Positions 24,400-37,559 of a stretch of DNA of 64,000 bases are shown here, in pieces. Source of the stretch: Octopus bimaculoides (lineage: Eukaryota). The position numbers and the translations under genes are program-made. The notes beneath the pieces are model-generated. The model was not told where the DNA came from. It did not search any database and saw nothing but the letters and a program-made list of their open reading frames with translations. The stretch is from the NCBI RefSeq assembly GCF_001194135.2, contig NC_068981.1:12233532-12297531 (forward strand). The letters run 5' to 3'. Position 1 is the stretch's first letter. Each line of letters starts with the position of its first letter.

Positions 24400-26050
24400 G
24401 CGAATTAGAAAACCGGTCTCTGATTTTGCAAGCGACGACGAATAAAGTAATGTTTTGTGGTCCCGTGACTGTTTAAAGCATAGGCGGTATGATTTTGGCG
24501 CGCTTTTACGGTGTGGGCGAAGTATAAAGACTACTATTGCCCATGTGGCGAGTTAGTCCATACTGGGAGTCACGATTCCATCGTTACAGGATTGGTTTGC
24601 TTTTCTTGTGCACAGCGCGTACGTGATTGTTCTCGTTTATTGTTAAAATTGCTTCGCGTTTTTTAAACACTTTGTTGCGCTTGTTTTTCTGCCTTACGGC
24701 GGTCTGTTGGCACTATCCCACTTCGAGGAAAGAGGATCACCGAAGTATTAATGATGGAATATGAAAACCTCACCTCCTCGAAGCTTACGCCTTCTGAGGA
24801 GGAGCCGTCGAAATCTGTTGAAATAATGGACGAGCAGTTGTAGAGAAGGAATTTTGCGACAGTCGCCAAAAGCCACAGCAGTGAGGTCGAACTGGCGGAG
24901 TTGAGTAAATATAAGAACATGTGTGTAGGGAGGGATGTGAAGTAAAGGTCTTCCCTCCTCAAGAAATAATGAAAGATACTAAGGAGAAAACAATTATATA
25001 CAGAACATATTCCACGGAAACAAAGAAAATTGTGATAATGACGACCACACTACTAGAAAAGGTCTTGAAACCGATGTAGGAATAAATGTCGTAGCTCGCC
25101 AGAGGAAGGAAGTACGGAAGAATGGAGGTGCATTTCCCAGAGGTAGCTACTGCTAGGTTACACCCGAGAACCTCTTTAAAAACAGAAGAAGTGGTGCTTC
25201 TACCCATATACATTGGGAGACGTGCTTCCAGGGTTAGAATAGAAGATATACCACCAGAGAGTGACGTAGCCTGAACAGTAGATGCCATACTGCTAAGCAA
25301 TGAAGATAAGATAGTGTTCCTCCAGGCAACAAGAACAGCTCATAAGAATTGGCAAGGAAAGACCGGGATATGATAATCCAAGTGTCCGCGGAAGACATCG
25401 AAAAAATAGAAGAAACTATCAGTATAGAAGACGTGATAATTAGGATTAGAGTTGAAGGCAGAACTCCGCGTTGCTACAAGTGTAGCCTAAAAGGCCACAT
25501 TGGAGCGGTCTGTCCTCCACCGCCCAAAAAGCTCCAAGAAAAACCTGTAATCAGAGAGGAAGTCGCACCACCAGCGCCATCAAAAGAAAAGTCAACTACT
25601 ATGGAAGAAGAAAGAAACAAAGAAGGGATTGAATGGAAACGGTCGGAAAGAGAAAGGAGGAAAAAGTGAACGTAGACGCCTATCCAAGACCACCCCTCCC
25701 CCACCTACACCTACTTTGCCCCACCCTCCCCTACAAACACTAAACCTCTCCACTCCCCTCCGACACAAAGAAAATCGCAGATATACAAGAGCCCCAAATA
25801 CCCCCTCCGACCTGTGATAAATGAAAATATGTAGTAATATACGACGATTCAAATGTGGAACTCTGCGAAGAGATAGCCACTTGGGAAGACGAAATAGCTG
25901 AATACGGCAACTTATACTGGGACACCATAGCGCTATAATTCTGCGCTGGCAACCCAGGATCAAACGCCAAAAACAGTGAATTACAATGAAGACTTTGAAT
26001 ACTGGGAGAAAACAAGGAACACCAGTCAGGTACCAAAGTTAATAAGCTAT
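24400..26050 (+). mobile_element. Tx1/L1-like LINE 5' region with degenerate ORF1
   Basis: Gag-like zinc knuckle RCYKCSLKGHIGAVC (CX2CX4HX4C) near 25470-25515, followed by a Pro/Lys/Glu-rich tail; upstream frame is broken by stops. Confidence 0.7.
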
Positions 26051-28139
26051 CTTGACCTCCGAGAGTATTAAAAAATTGACATTCTACAGCCAGATACTGT
26101 TGGATCGAAATAAGGTCGTATAAACTGTATAAATGAAGTCACTCGGCGGGGCCGAAAAGCTTCATTTTACCTTTGCATTTTGAAATTCATCTCATTTTTT
26201 TTTCATTCGTTTTATGTCCCTACATGTTTTGTGTTGTCCCCTCTATATTTACCCCGTGTGAGAAATGAAGAATTAAGTCCATTCTTGGAGCCGACGTACT
26301 ATGTTGACGTGTGAGGCGTATGTTTAGGAGCCTGTAGGAAATTGATGTGATGGAAGTCGACGTGAGTGGTCTATGTGAGAAAATGATTGAAAGTTGGTAC
26401 CATGCAGTCGATGCGAATTAGTCGGTGTGTGAAATGGTGCTTGGCAGATTCGTGGCGATCAATTGATACTGTAATTAGTGTCAGAAGAGGGATATTTATT
26501 GCGATGGTGAATGTCAGTAAATAATGTAAATAGTGGCGTATTGTAAAGTGGAAGGCATTTGGACTTGCTGTGAAAATAGTCAGTGGGAACTTGGCAACGT
26601 AAAGAATACAGAATGGTTATTGGACTAACGCGAATTCGGAATTAACAATAGAGTCCAGTCGAAAAATAATAATAAAATAGAGACAGAAATTAAATCATTA
26701 ATCTGGTGATTACAAAGAGAGCTCACCATAAGAATCTAGACATTTCAAATGTAAATGATAGAACTCTCTAAAAACTCCGTAAAGAACGGTTTATTTATTT
26801 CATTAATGTTTTTGGCCTCTTAATTAAAGTTCTTGTATTTTGATTAAACTCAACCATTTTGTTTGTTCTTTTCAACTCTTATAATTTCTTTGACTACTGC
26901 TTCCGTTCTAAGCAAGGTGGTTTTTGCTGAGCTCACCAACGCGGTCTTCAGTGACTTCGGACAGAGACTTTTGCGTTCTATGTGGCTTTGGGAGGCTGAG
27001 TGCGATACGTAACGATATGTATTATTTATATATAGACACATGCACATACATACATGCATACACACACATGCACATATATACGTGCAAATGTGCATACCTA
27101 CATACATATTTACATACATGCCCACATATATGCATATTTCTTTCTTAGAAAATCAGAGAACGATTTTCAAAGTATTGTGACAATTCACAAAGATTTAATG
27201 TAATGAATCAATATAGCTTCTTTCATACGTAGATTTCCAGTGTTCCTCTCCGAGGACAGTATTGTGGCCTCTATCTCTTTGGTAGTATTGCGCATCTGGT
27301 CAGGTGCTTCCAGAAAGAAAGAAGACACGCTGGTAGTGGCCAAACCGTGCTACCGATGCAACAGTTGTTGCATCAGGAGCATCATGTCTGGTATACTACG
27401 AAAGTAAGTATATGTTAGAGTTGCGAATATGGTAGTTCGGCAGTGTAGCGCAGTTGTTCTGTTCTGATCATTTTCTTGATAGGTGTATACGTAGGGGTGG
27501 CCCTGAAGGGGCTAGTAAGATGTCGAGTCCTTCCCTTCGGATAACCATTTAAATGGTGGAGGTAGGTTTTCTTATTGAAGTGAAGTGGGGAATCTTCAAG
27601 GACCAGGTCTTAAATCCCTCATGCAATGTTTAACTGTCCTGCTTAGGGAATTTGTAAAGTACGTTGGTACATTTAGGAACTGAGCAGCCTGTGGGTCTCG
27701 ACTGGTCTTGTCACTGCAGCATTTCTGTATCCGGGCGAGCTTGTTACGTACGTATTTCTTCTTACCGTTGATAGGGAGAGCCGACTTGTAATGGATAAAG
27801 AGGTCCCAACGAGATGATTAGCCGAAAGTCAAGCAAGAAGAAGGAAGCATCATTGTATGAGTATAATTGCTTAACAAATAGTGACATGCTGAAATGTTTT
27901 ACGTTCAGTTCTTTGAATAAATCTATTTAATATGTCTTATATTACTGTGAAAATTTGGTAAGCAGTTTCTGGCGTAAACTTGGTAGGAAGTGAGGTGATC
28001 GTCTGCTCTCATAACTTGATATACATTCTGCCTCTGTTGAATTGAGCGTATTGCTTCTTCCACCCTGGTTAACGCAAAACGGAACACCTTGCTAGTTCTC
28101 AATATACGCAAAACTAGAAATTTATAGAAATTTATAGAG

Positions 28140-28400
28140 GATTAGTGGCAGGGAGGTGAAGCGACGTTTTTGGGAGACTCTGGGCGCCGACGAGAATAAA
28201 TTGGCTAGCCTGTTCTGGAGGACTTTCCAGTCGGGAAATATCATAGGTAATTTCCAGATGTCCTTGGCCTGGCATTGCTACCGGGGGGTGCTACCGGTTC
28301 GAGACAAGCTCTACAGGCACGGATGCGATGTCAGACGGACTTGTCCAAGGTGCGCACAGAGTGACGAAGCCATTCTGCACGCCCTGAGACATTCGATTAT
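28140..28400 (+). mobile_element. Tx1/L1-like ORF2 C-terminal zinc-binding (zf-RVT-like) fragment
   Basis: LAWHCYRGVLPVRDKLYRHG....CPRC....EAILHAL. Confidence 0.75.
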
Positions 28401-28419
28401 CCAGGTGTGTGGGACCATA

Positions 28420-29220
28420 TAGGATTTCCTATAATCTATCCATGCTATTGTTAGATTTGTCTTTTTAGATTTTACTTCATTTAGAACTACCTTGTCTATA
28501 TATAATAGATCATGCGTTCCTATAGCCTTCTGCCTGCAACGTTTCTGTTCTCCTGATAGTAACTTCTGATTGTCAAGGCGCTCGTAAATACTTTCTAAAT
28601 GTTAATCAAGTGATTGGTCTATTGTTGCTAGCTCTTATCCTTCATAATGTGTATAGACCTCCCTCTAGTCATCTAATCTGGTATTATTCCTGCATTAAAG
28701 CAATCCTGAATTTGTTCCCTCAGCCTCGCATGTAAACTACTGAATTATTTTTTTAGCCAGTACCCTTGAAATCTGATCCTGAGCCCTTCCAAATCGGCAT
28801 TTTCTTAACACTCTACTCATTAATGCACTAGATAATCTTAGATCTGGTTGATTCTCACTCACGTCTTTAACCTTACTGTATCTCCATCATGATTTACTGG
28901 TTTATCCCAAATATTACTTCAAACCATTCTAGCTTCCTCTGCATTAGGTTTCTCATCTTCAGTACTTCGTTCACCACTATGTTTTTGGTTATAAAATTTC
29001 CTCTATCTCAAGTAATCTATTCTGTTGATACTGATCTATTCTTTTCTGTTATCTGGAATCTGGAGAGCTACTGCTATGATACGCTGTTTCAACTCTTCTA
29101 TTACTGTTCTAATTACTTTCTGTTTGACTAAATATCTTTTACTCCAGGGAAGATTTGCATCTTGTGTCTCCTAACTTGTTCAGTTCCAGGTTACTATTCT
29201 TCTCAGGTCTTTTCTTAAAA
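28420..29220 (-). mobile_element. R4/Dong-type LINE reverse transcriptase relic
   Basis: Minus-strand fragments NNRPIT, EQKRCRQKAIGTHDLLYIDKVVLNEVKSKKTNLTIAWIDYRKSY. Confidence 0.8.
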
Positions 29221-29284
29221 TCTTCACTTTATTTTGCAGTCCGGTTTTCGCATTTGCTCTTTTTTGATCTTATTTTTCTTTCCC

Positions 29285-30170
29285 TGTGATGGAATCAAAC
29301 ATTCAGTAATACAGGAAAGCGTCAGAAGAGAATGTTATCGCAGGGAAAGGGCAATACTCAAGACAGATCCGAATGCAAGAAACAGGATCGTAGCCATCAA
29401 TACTTTAACCAAACCGCGCGTGATTTACAGTTTCAATATAATTAACTGGTCAAGTACTGAAATATGTAATCTTCAGAGAAAAATACGAAACTTTGTTGAC
29501 AATGCATAGAATTCACCACCCTGAAGCAGATATAGAACGGCTTTATCTGTTAAGAAGATAGGGTGGCAGTGGACTTTTACAACTGGAATTAATAATGAAG
29601 ATTGAGATAGTTGGCGTAAACACCATACGAAAACTCTGATTACTGGATAAAAATCTTGTCTTAAAGCATGAAAACAAGAAAGCATCATACTCATTAACAA
29701 AACAGGGAAAGATATATATAAGTGAATTCCAAATACAACAAATCCCAGAATTAGACGTGCTGGAAACAAGCACAGAAAAAGCTACGCGTATGAAAACCCG
29801 TACTAAGACTGCTGCCTTAAATATTCTTACTGATAAATGGCAAAAGAATCCCCTCAGTGGCAAATACCCAAAGAAAGTTAATAATGCCTATGTTTGCAAA
29901 GCCCTTACCCATGAGTGGTTAGTGTCTTCTGGCTGAAAATCAGAAACTGAAAGATTTATCATAGCAACCCAAGATCAATACTTATCTACAAGAAACTACC
30001 AGGCCAACATATTAAAAAACAGCTGTAAAACAACATGTCGTGTATGTCAACAACAAAATGAATCTATCGATCATGTTGTCTCCATGTTCAGTCCTCTTGC
30101 GCCTGCAGAGTATCTCAACAGGGAGGATAGAGCAGGACAGTATATTCACTGGGTAATTATCAAAAATTGA
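29285..30170 (+). mobile_element. R4/Dong-type LINE, post-RT region and CCHC zinc finger
   Basis: NARNRIVAINTL, HHPEADIERLYL, SETERFIIATQDQYLSTRNYQANI, CRVCQQQNESIDHVVS and GQYIHW. Confidence 0.85.
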
Positions 30171-30249
30171 ACAAATTGTCGTAATGCTACTCTAAAAGGT
30201 AATCAGAACCAAGAGAATTTCAACGTTGAACTGCTAAGATATCCATCCA

Positions 30250-31790
30250 CAAATCGGAATAGAACTCGACATGTACAATAGAGATGGAGAATTACGCAGG
30301 GTAAAGAAGCAATGATACACTGTTCACAGTACTAAACCGATCTCTGAACAACGTTACTAAGCAGACATATAGAGAACATAAAATATGCATGGGGAAAATA
30401 CGAGGCCAAATATGAAATCCAACAAACACGGTGCACTCCAAAGATCCACAGATTCACACAAGTCCGACAAGAGAAAATAATTACTGACATCAGTCAATGT
30501 TGCCGAACAAGAGGCAAATTCACCCATAACACAAGCCAAACGGAGATTGCACCACAAAATATAATATCCACTGAAAAGAGCATTGTGATAATAAGGAAGG
30601 CTAAACGTGTTCAAAATTATGGTAACTCAACTTGCTTTGATAATCAGAGAGAAGAAATTGCAGAAACGAAATAGGATATTGTTAGAGAAATAAGTAAAAT
30701 TTTACACAGGGAAATGAAAAAAATAGAGACTAACCTCTAAGTTCTACAACATTAAGAAACACTCTCACAAAATAAGGCATGCAACTCAGTAATCAAAGAA
30801 TCACAGATGGAAAATTATAAGGCACTTACAACTATAAATAGCATATTCTTCTCAACAGAAAAAAAGCTCTAGACGCGCAAATCGGTTTAAAAATTAATTC
30901 AAGGAAAATATACTAAATAATTAATCACTGAGTATTTAAGGTGTACACGATGAAATAGAATGTCAAAGAGTAGAACTCTCAGTTGTTGAAAAATGATCAA
31001 ATCTGAATGGTAAGGCAAGAAATGCAGGGAACTGAAAAGGAAATATTAAATTTCTAATCGGGATGCTCTCCTTATCATCGAGGCAGACTAGCAGCGGCGA
31101 AGCGAATTCAAATGACATCACATGTTAAAAGATAACAGAAATAAGTATTAGAAAGAAACATGTTCTACTTCTGCAGAGAATTAGAGAAACAACAAGTAAA
31201 TGTAAAGAAACTACTAAACATAGAATAATCAGAGAAATCCAGGAAGTGTATTTGGAGACAACAAATGAAGACATCAAGGAAGTATTCTGAATCAACTGAG
31301 GATATGAAAGACTGAAGCCAGTTGAACAACAAGGATTGGAAACCACTAAGACTATCAAACTTTAAGCTGACTCTCAATAAAGGAGTCCTATACAGAAAAG
31401 AACAACTATCAAATTACTAGTTACAAGCGTTCCGGGGAAGCATAAGTCGGTTATAGAGCATACTATTATCGTTATTAAACAACTTAATAAAGCTCTAAAA
31501 TGCTCGATTAAAGGTATCGTTAATCTCGTTCCCATACAAAATGGAAGTAAAACCCAATGAACTGTAGTCACATGAACCAATTTCTCGAAGAAAAGACGAT
31601 CTTAACACGAGGAAAAATGTGATAAAAGAAAACAATCTGTTTGTAGAGATCACTTACTTATTAATAAAATGCGGCTTGAAAACTGTCTCAAAAAAGAATA
31701 AGAATTTGAGCACAGGAGGGCTTAACAACCAGATAGCATTTTACAGTGTAAATCATGGATGGATAGTGAAAGCTCTAGACATATGCAAAA
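30250..31790 (+). mobile_element. R4/Dong-type LINE, N-terminal region to start of RT (highly degenerate)
   Basis: Ends in KENNLF..KKNKNLS..AFYSVNHGWIVKALDICKI (the AFDSVPHSWI RT motif); the upstream part is assigned by position and weak similarity. Confidence 0.6.
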
Positions 31791-31791
31791 T

Positions 31792-32060
31792 CACGACTCC
31801 AAGAATTAACAACCACACTCATCAATAGGAATTACCGACAACCGTTAATCGACAATACAATCTAACGAGGTCATTCACTGGCTTTCAATGAGCACCGACT
31901 TCCGAACGGTGCTGGGTCTACTAGTCCCTGAGTAAAAAGTTTATGTGCAAGGGAGGTAAGTAATTTTGGACGTCGTGCAATTAGTGTAGATAAAATATTG
32001 TAATATGAATAGTATATGGGATGCATGGAAGTTTGTGGTGTTATTGGTAGGATTACTAGT
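31792..32060 (-). repeat. Inverted copy of the Penelope 3' UTR/pseudo-LTR at 33356-33623
   Basis: About 270 bp reverse-complement match, roughly 85-90% over the first 190 bp. Confidence 0.9.
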
Positions 32061-32187
32061 AATAGAAATAATTATTACAGAGAAACATGTTCTCTTTCTG
32101 CAGAGAATTAGGAAAACAACAAGTAGATGTAAAGAAACTACTAAACATAGAATAATCAGAGAAATCCTGAAAGTGTATTTGGAGACA
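32061..32187 (+). repeat. Direct duplication of LINE segment 31135-31260
   Basis: AGAAACATGTTCT..GTAAAGAAACTACTAAACATAGAATAATCAGAGAAATCC..GTGTATTTGGAGACA is present at both positions. Confidence 0.9.
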
Positions 32188-33229
32188 CCTCAGATTTTTC
32201 ACCGATTTCATATGACATAGTAGTTGACATGGCTTTTACTTAACCCCAGCAATGGAGTCATCAAATCTAGCACAATAAAAATAAACTGAAATTTTCGATT
32301 ATAACAGCGTCTTATCTCTCTTGTTCTGTATTGAAATGTTTAATCATTTCAAATGAAGTAAACAACTCGAAGTATGGATATACACGTTACTATTAAAGCA
32401 TTCAGTAGTGTGTTGGACAACTCTATGAAAGATTAAAGGTTTTATAATCAGAATGACCTGTAATTAAAAACACTTATATCAATGACAAAGCTTATCAGTA
32501 ATGGTATGGCTAATTACCTGTTCGTAATAAATGTGCAAAAACATTTTTGAGAGGGGAAATCTAATAACATCGTGCATTCATTTTGATCTCAATTTCACAT
32601 CGTGATTTACACGCGAAAACACACGCCCCCCCCCCCAGTACACACAAACGTGGTGGATTGTGCATACTTACCAGTGATTAACTATAACAAGAAATGTCAT
32701 GGGAAACCTCAATTACAATAGGTGCTTCAAAGTATTCTATCTATATTATACAAGTGATGTTGGTGTCAAGTTTCAGAAAATTACTCAAAGCCACTTAGCC
32801 AGACATACGTCACTTGAACAATTGTAATTTCAAATTATACCAACAATTAGACAGAAACTTTTGGCAGTACAATAACTGATTTGTTCAAAATTACGGTGAT
32901 GAAAAAGAAGAAAATCTGCCAATAGTATTTCAATAATTGTAAGATAAGCTTCTCCAAGAAATACCAGAAAAACCTCCGATACCCAGGTATAGTACGGTCG
33001 AAAGCTACAGCATTCTGGAGGTGAACAATAGTGTTCTTCTACATTGTACTTTTAAATGAACTCTGTATTCATGATAGCAACAACTTTGTAGAAGTTCTTC
33101 AGAATGTAACTCTATTTATATAAATGTAACTTTTATGCAAACACACACACACACACACACACACATTATATATATATATATATATATACATACACACACA
33201 CATATATTTATTTTTCTGGCATTATATGT

Positions 33230-33720
33230 ATATAATCCTAACTTCCTAATGTTCCACTTCTATCAATGTTCACAAAGCTCCTCAGTACAGCAAAGAATGA
33301 ATAAAGTGGAAACTTTCATCAACAAATATCATCCACAACTCATAATACAGAACACTACTAATCCTTCCAATAATACCACTAACTTCCATACATGCTATAC
33401 ACTATTCATATTACAATATTATACCTGCCCTAATTGCACTACGTCCCGAACTACTTACCTCCCTTGCACATAAACTTTTTTTCTCAGGAACTAGTTGACC
33501 CGATACCGTTTGGAAATCGGTGCTCATTCAAAGCCAGTGAATGACCTCGTTAGATCGTATTGTCGATTAAGGGTTGTCGATAATTCCTATTGATGAGTGT
33601 GGTTTTTAATTCCCGGAGTCGTGTGTAACGCGTGTTTGTGTCTGATACTATTGTGCACATTCTTTTGGCTAAACAGAAGGGGATATTCATCCTGGTGTGT
33701 CTCGGGTGGAAAGAATGAAA
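33230..33720 (+). mobile_element. Penelope-like 3' end (GIY-YIG C-terminus plus pseudo-LTR)
   Basis: PNFLMFHFYQC....QRMNKVETFINKYHPQL, then a UTR with TTGATGA..GTAACGCGTG (hammerhead-like, 33590-33634). Confidence 0.65.
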
Positions 33721-33729
33721 TGGCAGCTA

Positions 33730-33864
33730 CTATTTCGTGTGTTTGTAATAGATATATGTATCTATTTTGTTCCCGCTTTTTTTTTTAATTAGGATATCTA
33801 AAAATAGTAGTTGTGTCTGGTTGTAATCTATCTTAAATTGGAGGTTTTCATTTATTCCATTTAG
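33730..33864 (-). mobile_element. Penelope-like RT fragment
   Basis: LNGINENLQFKIDYNQTQLLFLDILI...IDTYIYYKHT matches Penelope RT motifs (FT-E...LPFLD...TDIYYKPT). Confidence 0.8.
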
Positions 33865-35006
33865 NNNNNNNNNNNNNNNNNNNNNNNNNNNNNNNNNNNN
33901 NNNNNNNNNNNNNNNNNNNNNNNNNNNNNNNNNNNNNNNNNNNNNNNNNNNNNNNNNNNNNNNNNNNNNNNNNNNNNNNNNNNNNNNNNNNNNNNNNNNN
34001 NNNNNNNNNNNNNNNNNNNNNNNNNNNNNNNNNNNNNNNNNNNNNNNNNNNNNNNNNNNNNNNNNNNNNNNNNNNNNNNNNNNNNNNNNNNNNNNNNNNN
34101 NNNNNNNNNNNNNNNNNNNNNNNNNNNNNNNNNNNNNNNNNNNNNNNNNNNNNNNNNNNNNNNNNNNNNNNNNNNNNNNNNNNNNNNNNNNNNNNNNNNN
34201 NNNNNNNNNNNNNNNNNNNNNNNNNNNNNNNNNNNNNNNNNNNNNNNNNNNNNNNNNNNNNNNNNNNNNNNNNNNNNNNNNNNNNNNNNNNNNNNNNNNN
34301 NNNNNNTATATATATATATATATGCAACAGGATATCAACTAGTTATGTAGTGCGACTGTTTCAAGCGCCTCAATTTAATTGAAGAGTTCAATCAAATCAT
34401 TGTATCAGTTTCCCCATCTTGCCTCTAATGAATTTTCCCTGTATTAGCATCTTACATTTCTTAGCATCTTAAGTTTCTATATTCTAAGTCTACTCCTAGC
34501 TTGCCTCCTGTTTATAGACCGTTACTTATATCCAGCGGACTACTCCTAATGTCTTATTTCCTATCCCTTTGGGGAAAAGGATTACCTATGATAATATTTA
34601 CGACCATAACTAGCCATCAGCTGTCAACTCACTCTTGTTCTTTATTCAAAATAGACAGCCTTCTAGTCTCAGATAATTTGATAATGATAAACAGATAAAT
34701 AAATTGGAAATGAATTACAAGACTTAAAACACTATGCCCCGTTATGGTCCATGGGATTCTAAAAAATTGTAGTCTACTCTTAGCCACTTGCTACAATAGC
34801 GACAACATGAATAACTTCCATCTTCTTACTCTGTTCAAATATTCAAGAAAAATAATACTAATGTATCCTACTTGTCAAACAATTTCTTACTGCTTGATAT
34901 CTTGTGGTTATTTTGCTTTAATTCACCTTACTTTGAGCCGCGCTGATAATACCGACTGACTTGTTTATTCAATTTAAATACCTAATTCAACTGAATCTTA
35001 AGTATT

Positions 35007-35040
<34 letters not shown>

Positions 35041-35049
35041 TATATACAT

Positions 35050-35701
35050 ACACACAGCGTGCGATGGACAGTTTGTTGCCATTTTATGTTTTTAATTTCA
35101 CGCATACGCATTTGTGGGCGGATTTTGTCGACTACGCAATATTGTTGGGTCTGTTGGGCACTGTCTGTGAGAAAAACAGCACCATGACGCAATTCACTCT
35201 GCCAGAAATTTGAATGGATTTGCTGTAGGGCTTGACATTCGCGTCAGATGCTCCAATACGAACATTTCAGAGTGTCCGGTTGTCGACCTAAGGACAGTGC
35301 AAAGGATTCGGAAACTGTGGGATGGATCTAATTGCGATTACGAAGGTACGGCAGCTCAGATTCTTTTAATGAGAAAAGATCTCCTGAATTTCTTGGTGAG
35401 ATCCCTGCCATATTTGACAACGATCGTTGTAATTGAATCAGATTCATCGCTAGGGATATGGGAATGTCTGAATTAGATATCAGGCACGTAGCGCATGAAG
35501 ATATTCGATATTTCTCATACAAGATGAGAAAGGACCAATCTATATCCCAAGCCATCACGGAGAAAAGAATAACCACGCTACGAAGATTTTGAACCAACTC
35601 AAGCATACTCGCCAACCGAAAAACTTTGTTTTTGCTCAGACGTGAAAAAGTTCTGCCAAGATCAGATGATGATCACACAGAACAACAGATGGCTTGCTGT
35701 G
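35050..35701 (+). mobile_element. maT-like transposon, 5' half
   Basis: MTQFTLPEI, SNTNISEC, LRTVQRIRK and KKFCQDQMMITQNNRWLAV; same family as 8400-9564. Confidence 0.85.
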
Positions 35702-35835
35702 CCTTGTACTTGTCCAAGTTTAGAATTGTAAGAATATCATTACCCTTGGTCGCATTTTTCCATATGATGTGATATAATATATAATATATGATATCATATG
35801 ATATACATACATGCATACATACATACATACATACA

Positions 35836-35867
<32 letters not shown>

Positions 35868-36107
35868 GTCAATTCCACAACTACACAATTCAATAAACAA
35901 ATAAAGAAATGAAGACAAAGAAAAAAGAATTGAAAAAAAAGACACAACAACAAATTTGAAGTGGGGGCACAAGAATTATATTAGTTTGGCATCCTGTCGA
36001 AGGAGAGAGCTTTTAATGTTCCGAGCATGGGTCTTCTTTGGAAAGGAGAAAAGGAAAAGTCCAGAGAAAGGAAGAGGAAAATCTCCGACGGCCTACGTGT
36101 GGCTACA

Positions 36108-36165
<58 letters not shown>

Positions 36166-36166
<1 letters not shown>

Positions 36167-36720
36167 TTGACACATAATTTTCCACAGACATATTTACCGA
36201 AATTACATAAAAATATCTTGAAACAGGAAAGAGTCACTTTATTGAATAAAATCGCCATTGGTTTCAACCACGATCTCCAGTGAATTTGCGAATCTCTTGC
36301 AATTCTTCTGGACGGTCTCTTTCTTTAAGTTGGTGAATGCTGCCATACCTCTCACCTTCAGGGCTTCTTTCAGAGTTACAAGGAGTTTTGTTGGTCACTC
36401 GCTGATCTACGCTCCTCACACAAAAATCAAGTGAGTTGCATTCTGAGGAGTTAAGTGGTCAGATGTCAATGGTGATGTGGTCGCAGAGGTTGTTTGGCTA
36501 CCATGGCCGGGTTCTTCTGCTTGTGGGTTATGACAGAAAGTCCTGTTATCAGACAAAGTGTCTTCCAGTAGCTAACATCTTAACCCTAGGATGCATTACC
36601 TCCTCCAGGCAGATGTTGGCTGTGAGTCCGTGTAGGAAGATGAATGGAAGCATAATGTAAACATAACTAATGAGCAGTCAGAAAACGGTGACGTTGACTG
36701 GATGTTTGATTTTTATCCCT
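36166..36720 (-). mobile_element. maT-like transposon, 3' half in inverted orientation
   Basis: Minus strand IKIKHPV, PFIFLHGL, CLEEV and the 3' end GCGATTTTATTCAATAAA, running into a (TA)n tract. Confidence 0.85.
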
Positions 36721-37132
36721 TACCTGAATGATGCGGTGACATATATCAAAATTTCCCTTATAGAAATGTATTCATGAAAAGGTATAGAACTATATTATTA
36801 CATTAAAATTTGAGAAACAAACACTCACCACTTTTTTCTTTTAAAATGTTATTGCATGAGATTCATAGCATCAAATTTCTGGAATTGAGCTCAATTATTT
36901 CAGCTTAATTAAAATATAGCTTGTTTTTAAAATAAATAAAAAAAAATTAATTATGCATAGATCCATTTATTTAAACGTGTTTACAAGAGGATTCTCTGTG
37001 AACAGGATGAAATAATTTCATCATTACAGAGTGAAAAAAAGAAATAAGGTTTACTTTCATCATACGGAAATAATTTAGATAGAATATTCCATTCCAAATC
37101 AAATTGTTTATTATGAACCTTTAGAGACCAAA

Positions 37133-37480
37133 TTAATTTACTAAACCGAGAATTGATACGTTAACTGATATGTATAACATATTGATATTACATTTACTGA
37201 TATGTCTAAATGTAGAGTAATGATTAGATATAATTTTGGAAAACTGAGATGAAGAACTACCTACATAAAAAAAGACATTGGAACCGGAAGTAATTTTACA
37301 TTGATAAATAGAGTTTCTAATCTTAGACTTATTGCTAAGGAAACGAATTCGATTGGAATCCGCATCAGAAACACTAACACTGCTGCTATCATTATTTAAA
37401 GAATGGTTAGTGTTCATAATATCAATGTAACAATTTTCAATAAGTGGATTTGTATTTAGCAACTTATTATTATGCAAAGA
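37133..37480 (-). mobile_element. Penelope-like GIY-YIG fragment, inverted partner of 38900-39200
   Basis: NRIRFLSNKSKIRNSIYQCKITSGSNVFFYVGSSSSQFSK; about 80% reverse-complement match to 38985-39115. Confidence 0.85.
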
Positions 37481-37559
37481 GATGATTTGTGAAACAGGAA
37501 AAAAAAAACCCAGGAAATTTATACAGACTTATCAAGGCTTATTACCTAGAATTCCTTAG

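Noticed and set aside
26905-26955. Minus-strand CTGAAGA..AAAAACC as a hammerhead
   Set aside because: Stem II pairing is unconvincing and GAAA is absent.
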